A DNA stretch of 62,605 bases, counting the filler, from Intoshia linei (Eukaryota; Animalia; Orthonectida), in NCBI GenBank assembly GCA_001642005.1. It is 7 parts of 7 records of this genome, joined end to end, with 100 filler letters (N's around TTAATTAATTAA, not from the genome) between each part and the next. Parts side by side here need not be neighbours in the genome. Positions count along the whole stretch, not along the records: positions 28,900 to 39,126 come from LWCA01001286.1; positions 39,227 to 40,868 come from LWCA01002549.1; positions 40,969 to 52,932 come from LWCA01001118.1; 4 more parts are not named here. One strand, given 5' to 3'. Positions 37,173 to 47,199 of the stretch are shown piece by piece; the stretch's first letter is position 1, and each line of letters starts with the position of its first letter. A program made the position numbers and the translations under genes. A model generated the notes under the pieces. It did no database searches, was not told the origin of the DNA, and saw only the letters and a program-made list of their open reading frames with translations.

Positions 37173-38974
37173 TTAATTCAGACTATTAATGTGAGAATGG
37201 CGTTATTCTAATTTTGTTTGTCATGTTTACAATTAGTTCTTTATTTGTTTTGCATTGCTGTACTAAAATGTGCCTAATTTAAAAATAAAATTTGACGTAC
37301 ATTGTGTGTAGACGTGTATTTTATGATTATTTCGGCAACAATTAATAATGTAAATTTTACTCCTGGGGTTACGCAAGGTACGAGACAGTAACACCTTAGT
37401 AAAATAGATAAGGTTTACAAGATGAATCAGAAAAATAGTGCAGTTAGATCTTGGATAATGAACACGGCACCAATTTTTTGGTTTTGGTCATTTCACCATT
37501 CTAAAGTTTAACAACATTAGCATTTATTAGGATACTATTTTGTAGTAGGTGAAAAACATTTTTCTGACCTTAAAATTTTTAAAGTCTAACCTGTTAGAAA
37601 AATCATTGTAACTTTTTGGAAATAAAAATATTTATACATACATGTATTGAATACACACTTGACGTATTTTTCAACACAATAAAAATTAATTTTGATAAAA
37701 AATAATCTTAAAATAACTCAATTTACTGCATATTTAATTATTCTACATTTCGCTGATTTCACTATGAGCCCGTCATAATATTTACGTTTACCTACAAAAT
37801 TATTCAAAATAAGTAGAATGAGCGGTAAATTTGTATAATAATAACAATTTAGTGCACCCAACCGCACGTCCCCCTAATTTAAACTTTTATAGAAAAGTTC
37901 CAAATTTCTGCGGATGTGAAATTTCTCATCACTCTTTTCATCACCGTCTTCTCGCAGTGTGTCACAAATTAATTTAACAACTAATCAAGTGTTATAATTA
38001 ACCTGGGTTTATGGCAGGTTTCCCAATTTTTTAGTACTTTAGTGACTTGAGTCATTCAAATAATAAAAAGTAAACCATCCCATATGACAAAAGTTCATAT
38101 ATTAAAAATACTAAATATAATCTTATTAACAACTGTAATAAGTGTAAATAAACGTACTATTAATGTGACTTACTGTTTTTCCCTTTATTCATAAAAATAC
38201 CATTATGTATTATAATAATTGTTCATTAATTATAGAGGTTATTTTAAGTAAAACAAATTTACTCTACAAAAAATACACTATTCTCTTTATAACTCACTAT
38301 TCTTGAGATTTAGAAAAGGTTGGCGAGATAAAGAATATAAAACTATTATATAATTATAATTTATTATAATAGAAACATCAGATAAAATCTTTAAATTAAA
38401 GGTTAAATCGCAATATAATAAGAATGGTAATATAAATTGTAAAATTTAATACAAAATAAATTAAACTTATTTATAAAAATAGTTATCAAACTTTAAGTTT
38501 ATATTTTTAATTAATGGCGAGTTGTGGAAAAAATTATAATTAAAGTTATAAAAAAAATTGATTTACTATGCAATGTTAATTACATAGATTGATTAATAAG
38601 TAAAAAAATAATTTCTTATTCAAACAAATTCAAGAATAAGTATTTTATAATTTTGTTGATTCAACACATTTCCACAATACTGCTACAATATGTCAAATAA
38701 GTAAATTAAAAGATTTCATATAAAATTAATTTTAAATTATTGACTTGTGAATATTAAGGTTGTCCACGAATTTTCATAGAAAAAGTACACCCTACCACTT
38801 AAACATGAAATGAAATACTTCAATTTGTACCCAACCAGAGGTTTCAGCTTTGAAAAAACTTGGGCAAAGCCATTTAAGTTTTGTAATGTGTTTTTAAAGT
38901 GCTGATTTCGTTAATTGTAATAATATCAATATATCAATTATAATTGATATATTGTAATTATAATTATTAAAACT

Positions 38975-39126
38975 GCCCTATAATTTAAAAAAATTTACAG
39001 GTCGTACAGTTGTATCCTGTTAACACACAAAAAATTCAATCCAAATAAGTAACGACTTCACGATCAAAAAAATATTTTAGTATTCATATATTTTTTTTCC
39101 GAAATATTTTATTAAAACAAAAAATG
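38975..39126 (+). mobile_element. Helitron-family internal fragment running into gap
   Basis: ATCCTGTTAACACACAAAAAATTCAATCC...CTTCACGATCAAAAAA matches ~48080-48230; may join the 3' part at 41020-41483. Confidence 0.7.
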
Positions 39127-39226
39127 NNNNNNNNNNNNNNNNNNNNNNNNNNNNNNNNNNNNNNNNNNNNTTAATTAATTAANNNNNNNNNNNNNNNNNN
39201 NNNNNNNNNNNNNNNNNNNNNNNNNN

Positions 39227-40052
39227 ATATGTTATTATTGGGTGAAATCCTTATTGACTTGTAGGTAAACCTAATATTTTAATTATAGAATAGAAATAAT
39301 TATAATTTTAGATATTCAGATATAGCCGATTGGGGTGAATTAGACAGTTTTTTAGATGGAAAATATGTTTCAGTTAGTAAATGTATTCGTCGACACTGAA
39401 ATCAAAGCCTATGAAGGTAGCATTTACTAATGAGGTATCGGAACGCGCTCTTGCACAAATAAAAATTTTAAGAACAACAGTTCGAACTGATCACAAATTA
39501 GAGTTAAAACTTTTGTCAAAATTCAATAAATTACCAAATTATTAAAATATGCTATTACAATTTGTATTATTTATTTATCTCTATCCTTGTGAGGTTACCC
39601 CACAGTGGCTTTTAGCACTACTCTTCTCTACTCTCCGTTAAAGATGAATATGGGTCTACCAGGGTAAAAAAGTATTATATCTCTTTTCTCTTTAGGGGTC
39701 ATTATATATACTATTTAAATACAAATTGTAGTAGTATATTTTACATTTAAATACATAAATTTATTTTTTATATCTTAAAATATTTACTATTTTTTTCACA
39801 TTAACAATGATACCATTTTCATGTCAAAAATACGTATTTAAATATCATTTTAATGTATATAGGTATAAAAACATAAACAATATTAAAGTTCTTCTGTCAT
39901 GTTTTTAAAAAAGGTTTAAAAAAAAATAGGCGAAGGAAATTACAAAACTAGATAAAATTTAATCGGTAATTTGTGTTCTAAATTACATTTTGAACGCTCA
40001 GTAAAATATACTTTTGTTAATTCAACGGAAAGTTTAAAAAGTGGACACCCTA
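39227..40052 (+). mobile_element. hATm-type element, right part
   Basis: Relic FTNEVSERALAQIKILRTTVRTDHKLELKLL (~39424-39515); the last ~220 bp are nearly identical to 6380-6598, ending GTGGACACCCTA. Confidence 0.75.
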
Positions 40053-40053
40053 C

Positions 40054-40535
40054 TGTTACAGGCATTTTTCAAATTTTGACAAGCAACGTCAATAATAATT
40101 CACGTTGCTATTTAACCTAATTAAATTTGAATTGAATTTAAAAATGTTTTCTGGTGTTAACACCATAGAATATTCTTAATTTTTTTATAAAATGGTTTGT
40201 AGGTAAATAATTAATCTTAATATTTCAGTTTTAACTGGGGTTAATTAAATTAAATGGTTCTAAACTTAAATTCTTAAATTAACTATAACAATACAAACAT
40301 TCAAAAATCAACACTTGAAAATTGCCTGGATTTCAATTTTGCCTGTAACATATAAATTACCAAATCTACTCACTCTTCGAGTTGATGCATTAGAATCTAA
40401 TAAATCTAATGATTAGAACAAAACTCGTATCTATACATCAATTGAAATTGAATACAACGTTTGAATTTTCAGTCAATTTATTAATAGTTTCAGTTTATGT
40501 ATAAAATCCAGTCAATTTGCAAATTGCCTGTAACA
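40054..40535. mobile_element. MITE with ~25-bp imperfect TIRs
   Basis: TGTTACAGGCATTTTTCAAATTTTGAC at left; GTCAATTTGCAAATTGCCTGTAACA at right; extra internal TTGCCTGTAACATA at ~40340. Confidence 0.7.
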
Positions 40536-41019
40536 TATACATTAGGGTGTTTATTATAATATGTCAATGTCACAATATTATATCTGTTACCAAATTATTG
40601 TGAGACTTGCCAATATAATTTTAATTTACACATTCCAAGTGTTTCGTTATTATAATATTTTTTTTGTAATTCCATCTTATTTAAATAAACTATTCCCTAT
40701 TTGATATTATAATATAAATAGAACCGCTTCGAAAACTGAGACCACTAAATGCTGTGTCAACCGTTTAAATTTATTATAAAATTTTAAAATATAGAACCAT
40801 TTTGATAAACCCTATGTAAAGAAGTTTCGTGGTACCAATTTATAGAAAAATATTTTGTTATACACAAANNNNNNNNNNNNNNNNNNNNNNNNNNNNNNNN
40901 NNNNNNNNNNNNTTAATTAATTAANNNNNNNNNNNNNNNNNNNNNNNNNNNNNNNNNNNNNNNNNNNNTAATCAAATTTAGTGAAAAATAACGCTATTTT
41001 AGTTATGTAAAAATTTTAT

Positions 41020-41483
41020 TTTTTCTGGAATTTGTACTAAAATATATATTAAGTATAATACAATAGAATATATAATAAGTGTTAATGACAATTTATAGGA
41101 TTGGACTGTTTTTACTTTATTTTTAATATTATACACACATTCTGTCTAATAAAATTGGACTGTTTTTACTTTATTTTTAATATTATACACACATTCTGTC
41201 TAATAAAATTTAAAAAATTGGATAACAATTGTTGTAAAATTCTTTAATCAAATGTTAACAAAAAAAATTAATATGGAATAATTCACTTTAAATTAAAAAG
41301 TAATGTGATATGATGGTTACACCTAAAACAAGTTTGGGAACCACTCTTTTGAAGGATTGATAATAGTGAATAGTAAGATTTTTAAATTAATTTTCAACGT
41401 GAATTTATTTTTTAAGTATAATAAAAATATGCCCTCGGCAGATCTAGGTGCTGTTTGTACGTAGTACATAACAGTCAATTTAG
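41020..41483 (+). mobile_element. Helitron-family 3' part
   Basis: Matches 3500-4097; ends CTGTTTGTACGTAGTACATAACAGTCAATTTAG|T; contains a ~54-bp tandem duplication at ~41100-41206. Confidence 0.85.
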
Positions 41484-42004
41484 TAATTACATAAAAAATG
41501 ATTACCCAACAAAAAATGTAAAATTTGCCACCCATTTATTTAGATCAGGGGTGCACAACCTTTCCAATAATTCAACCGTAAGCTACTTTACTAATTGATA
41601 TTAAGACCGCACAAAGTTTACTTTGAGATTGAGAGAATTTAAATCCATTTGTAGAAAGTAGTCAAAGTCAAAAATGTAACTTTTTGAAAAAATATTTTAA
41701 ATTACCATTGAATAAAATTTGATTTAAATCTTTTCAATTTGGCATAAAATGGTATAAATCAGGAATACCCAACCTGGTGTGATTTTCTAGTCGATCGCCA
41801 AAATAATTTAAATTTGATAAATGATTAATTGCTTATTTTGATAAAAAACTCTTGGATATCGACGAAATTAGAAAACGCAATTCAGAATTACGTTAAATAA
41901 ACATGATATTTCCTAGGATTAATTTATTTACATTAATAACTAATATGTATTGATTATTACAAATTTAAATATCATCCATTAATATAAAATTACATATATA
42001 TAAA

Positions 42005-42565
42005 ATGCACAATATAAAAAAGGTAACCCAGATAGGGGCCCTTCGAAAAATGAAGGATGTATACTACAAACATACACAACTCCAAAAAACACTACGAGAA
42101 ATTACAACTAATGATGATACCGCCCCAGTTAAACAAAAATATTTGATGGAAATGGAGAGAGCATCATACACTGAAGAAAACTGTACAGAAATAATTGTAA
42201 TTTTGGAAAGTCGTCTTAAAGTAAATAATGAATTCTATAATTTACAATTTAAAAATTGTCTAAAAAGCTAAAATTTTATATAGGACAGTGGAAAAAAATG
42301 GCGGCATGTGAAAAAAGCTTTAGACGTATTATTTCATTTATTAATTTTCGGTGGCATCCGAATCCGTGCACATTTCCAAAAAAAAATTGATACAATCGAA
42401 CACTTGACGGACTTTAGTCTAATCATAAATCAAAAAGATGTTGGTCAAGATGTACGTAAACAAGTTTCAGAAATTTTACAATTATTAAGAGATGATTCTA
42501 AACTTGAAAGTGAACGCCACGAAGCCCAAAATCATCGAGAAAAATATGACATTTCCAAAGTGTAA
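42005..42565 (+). CDS. ENTH-domain (epsin-like) protein, two exons, 165 aa
   Basis: Exons 42005-42220 and 42284-42565 join in frame: LRKMKD...LREITTNDD...ESRLK|DSGKKWRHVKKALDVLFHLLIFG...KDVGQDVRKQVSEILQLLRDDSKLESERHEA, the ENTH consensus. Confidence 0.9.
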
Positions 42566-42675
42566 ATATTATAAACATGAAAATTATAAATTTACACAAA
42601 CAATTTTAACAATAAATCGCATTTACATTTACTGTACAATGTCACATGTATTTAGACATGTAAAAATAGTAACAA

Positions 42676-45600
42676 TTAGTCGCAGTTATTAATCAAATTG
42701 GACTTTTCGAATCCTTTATAGTAATTATATTTTATTGAAATTTCTTTAGAGTCCTTGTCCACTAATATCGATTCTATATTTGAACCAGGACATTCAAACA
42801 TGGGTTCCAAAAGTATTTCTTCCTAAAATTTTGGTTTATAGCGTATATTTTGGTACATGTCATTGCTACTTAGAAGGTGTTTCGGGATAAAATTTTCCAT
42901 TAATAATAATTATTACCATATTAAAATTTTTAAATCAAATCATTAATCAAATTTACCAAAATTCCTCGTAACCCTCTAGCCCCAGTTTTCCTCTTTAGGC
43001 TTTTATCAGCAATAGATTCTAAAGCCTTTTGTGTGATTTCTAATTTAATCTAAATATAATATAGAAAATTATTTAATTTCAAATGATTGTTACATTATCA
43101 AATTTAAAAAGAGATTTGTATTGATTTATTAAAGAATTTTCAGGTTCAACTAATATTTTGACAAGCATGTCAATATTTAATAAATGAACTGGTGCTAATA
43201 TTGGAAAACGGCCAACAAATTCTGGAATCATTCCAAATTCCATTACATCAGATGGCTCAACATGTTTTAACAGTTTATTGTAATCGTTCAGAATCTTTAA
43301 AGTGTCGCTTTCTTTTTCCAATTTTGAATCGTTAAAACCAAATTTCTAAATTAAATTTTTTAGATAATAGCTTCCATGAACTGTGTAATAATATATATTT
43401 TTTCACAATATAATTAGGATGTTACCGGTAAAATCACCAGTACCTCCGAAAATATTATACTCAATTTTTATTAGTTTAAATTTTATATATCCATTATAAT
43501 GAATTATGATAAATACATATGAAAATGTATGTAAAATATTTAAATAAATATAATTTTAATTTAATGTCATCACTATAGGAATTATGCTTATATATTTTAT
43601 ATTTACAACATTTTTGCCCTAAAAGCGGGGTTAATTTCACATATATTGCTATGGCATCGATGTAAGTACTATAAAATTAACATAATTTTGAAAAAGTGCC
43701 CCTAAACACGAGTATGCCCTACACCGAGGTTTGCCCCAAAGCGGGGTCGGACTGTATTATTATCATTATATCAAAATTTATTAAAATATGGTCATAATTA
43801 GGACGCGCAAAAGTTAATAAAGGAAATTTTAATATGTATGTATTAATAGGCATCAAATTACAAACACAATGATAGTAATATAATGTACAGTAAAACCTCC
43901 GTTATTCGCCGGTTAATTTATATTTAAATAGTACTAGTATAGTAAAATTCTGTAATTTGTCCAACTCCGTTATTCGCATAAAATTTTGTCATATTGTTTT
44001 ATGTTTTTCATGGTAAATTTTTATTTTTTAAACCATTTAATATAATCGCCAATTAAAATCATGATTATATTTAATCTTACCTCATATATCTTGTTTTCGT
44101 ACGTTAATTAAATAACTAAAATAACTGACTTTATAATTATAATGACATGTTATAATTGTAATGAATAAAATATAATGAATCTTATGGCTATGACGATTAT
44201 AATTATAATCGGTTATTTTATACATGTATCTATTATATTTTCATTCTAAATTTATTTGTCATAGTACTAGTAATATTTCAAAAATAGACTTCACATAACT
44301 AGAAATGAAGTACAGTATAATATTCGTTATTTGCTCAATATTTCAAATCTCCATTTTGAGCGAATAATGGAGGTTATCCTAACTTATATAATATGCTACT
44401 CGATTTTTATTATTTTATTATATTTTTATTATTTGTGTGTCTGTGTGTTCAGCTTTATTTATATAACCACTCGTCTTAGAATTATATAAAGTCCACATTT
44501 CAATTACACTGTTTTCCGGGGGTGTTCGCAAACATAATTTCAACCTTCTAAACTCACATCTTACGTGTCAAAAACCCCAATTGCCCCTATTTTGTACAAT
44601 CAAACAAGTTGGAAAATTTAAAAAAACATATACGCTGATACAGATTTTAAAATCATAAACATAATCATAAATTTAAATTTAAAAAAATTATATCTTCAGG
44701 ACCCAAAACCCCATCACCCAAATTACCCTTCTTTTTTTAATGAAAACAGCCTTAAAATTTCAATCCGAATAAGTGAGGACTTCATGGTCAAAAAAGCATT
44801 TTAGTATTCATATATTTTTTTTCCGAAATATTTTATTAACCCAAAAAAATATGAAATAATTAACGGTCCGAAAATTAAAAAAAAAAAATTATGCTGATAG
44901 AGCTTATTCCAGTTAATATAATTACATAATTTCAACCCCACAAATCTACGCATCCCCGGTGAAAAATAATTTTTAATATATTATCAACAGAGCCGTCTTA
45001 AGCCACTTCGTGGCCCTGGACTAAGCAAAAGACCGAATGCCCTTTACAGTTTTGAGCAAAGCAAAACAGTATTTGGAGCGCAGCAATAAAAAAATTTAGA
45101 GCCCCTTTTTTGAAAATTAATAAGAGAATTTTTAATATTATACACGCATTCTATCTAATAAATTAACAAAATAGAATAACAAATTTTTTTTAAAATTCTT
45201 TACGAAAATGTTAACAAACTAAACATTAAAATAGAACAATTCACTTTAAAGTAGAAATTAATGTGATATGATAGTTCTACCTAACAGAAATTTGGGAACC
45301 ACTTCTTTAAAGGATTGATATAAGTGAATAATAGGATTTTTATAATAGATTTTCAACGTGAATTTATTTTTTAATTATAATAAAAATGTAGCCTCGGCAG
45401 AGCTAGGTCCTGTTTGTACGTAGTACATAACAGTCAATCTAGTAATCTAATAAAATGTGTGTTAATCAATAAAAAGATACAAAAATTTAAAAAATAGCAA
45501 TTTTTCTATAATTACAAAATTACCTTAATATTTTTTCTTCGTTGAATAATATTATCTAATCCATTAAAAGCCCCTGAAGCAACAAAAAGAACATTAGTGG

Positions 45601-46795
45601 TGTCTACAACAATAGATTCTGATTTATGTTTTCTGTTTGATGACCTTTCTGGAACCGAAACTTTGGTCCCTTCAAGAATTTTCAGCATACCTTGTTGAAC
45701 GCCCTCGCCCCCAACGTCTCTCGTCTGTTGAAAACCGGGCACGCTGCCAATTTTGTCAACTTCGTCCAAAAATATGATTCCCTTTTCAGCCATATTCACA
45801 TCATAATCTGCACTAGAAAGTAATTTTCCTACGACGCTCTCAATGTCCTCTCCAACATAACCGGCTTGAGTTAGAGAAGTGCAATCACAAATGGCAAAAG
45901 GTACTTGTAGATATTTTGCAAGAATTTTAGCCAATAGAGTTTTTCGTGAGCCAGTTGAACCCATTAAAAGAATGTTTGATTTGTCAATACTATCAATTTC
46001 TTTACTTTTACTATCACGTTTTAACGAATATTGATCATTTTGAATGATAAATGTAGGCGTAGCTGATAGTTTTTTGACGGGGTGATCGGTAACATATTTC
46101 CTGTAATTTGACGATAATAAATCGTCCAAGTGAATATTTCTGTCTGAGTTTGCTTTCTGAACAACGTCTCCAATGTTTAAACTATTGGATTTGTAATTTA
46201 GTCGCTTGTAGTGGTTGTAAATGGCGACCGAAAGTACCTTTTTTGCGTATTCTTGGCCAATCACATGTTTGTTTAAGTATTTAAAGATATTTTTTGGGGG
46301 AGGTAATTCAAAAATTTTTTCGGGAGTACTTTCTTTTTTTGGGTCATTAATGACATATTTGCCATCTGATAACGAGGAATAATCTTTAGTGTTGAAATGA
46401 TCCGATATTTTAGATTTGTTGCTTAAAAAATGATCATTAGAACTATCAGATTGGACTGTCGATACAAACAAAGAATGACAGGTCACACAACGAATAAATT
46501 GTGATTTTATACTTAATTCATGGATAACTATACATTTACCACCACACTTTGGACATGAAAACACATTGTCTCCATTTGATTTTTTTGATCCTTTTCGGTT
46601 TCTAGGTGGTTTGTCCATAAATACCAATCTACTTGTACTATAATTTCTTGGAAATTTGGAAACAGAATGGATGGTACAAGTAGGTATTAGTAATTGACTA
46701 CAAACTATTATACCATACTTATTATGAGTATTAAACCTCGTACATAGTTGTTTTAACACCAAATTTCCATTACGCATACATTTATAAAGACGCAT
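42676..46795 (-). CDS. CLPX: Mitochondrial ATP-dependent Clp protease ATP-binding subunit ClpX, four exons
   Basis: Basic presequence, CPKC...CVTC zinc finger, [32 protein letters not shown], Walker [24 protein letters not shown] loop, [20 protein letters not shown]; exons ~45524-46795, 43095-43345, 42957-43049, 42676-42822. Confidence 0.97.
43888..44376. mobile_element. pogo/Tigger-like MITE in CLPX intron 1
   Basis: TA|CAGTAAAACCTCCGTTATTCGC left TIR; right TIR GCGAATAATGGAGGTT ends at the Helitron start at 44377. Confidence 0.7.
44377..45442 (+). mobile_element. Non-autonomous Helitron with both termini, in CLPX intron 1
   Basis: A|TCCTAACTTATATAATATGC 5' end; 3' hairpin CTGTTTGTACGTAGTACATAACAG then CTAG|T; inserted between A and T with no TSD. 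Confidence 0.9.
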
Positions 46796-47199
46796 TTACA
46801 ATTATCTCATACAAAAATTATACTACAGTATTTTATTACTTGCCAAAAATCCAGAATTTAAGTGTGCTAAAAACTAGAATTTTTAACTATAGTTTCTATT
46901 TTACATGTATACAAATTTTGTTACTAAGCTTGTTCCACTAAGGAACAAGTTTGTTTTTTTATATAATAAAATGTATTGGAACATTTAATTCCGTTATCAA
47001 TTTAATTTTGCAAATTATTAATGACCATATTAACTTGCATATTTTAACATATTTATAATTTAAAATTCATTGCATTTACTTGCAATTTAAAATTTTTTTA
47101 ATTTGTAAAAATCTTAAATTATGATTTAAACTTAGTATTCATTATGTCAATATGTGAGGGTAAAAATGAAGCAGATGTTTTGTAATATTTTTGGTAAAT

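Noticed and set aside
38927-38954. Perfect 28-bp palindrome CAATATATCAATTATAATTGATATATTG
   Set aside because: Nearly all A/T in a repeat-derived region; most simply a local template-switch product.
41323-41535. ORF with YYVQT..S.EG.FLLYL motif recurring at 62370-62561
   Set aside because: The similarity comes from antisense reading of the Helitron 3' module; the frames are not conserved among copies. ORFs at 10793, 20924, 33446, 33479, 55911 and 58044 are also inside repeats.
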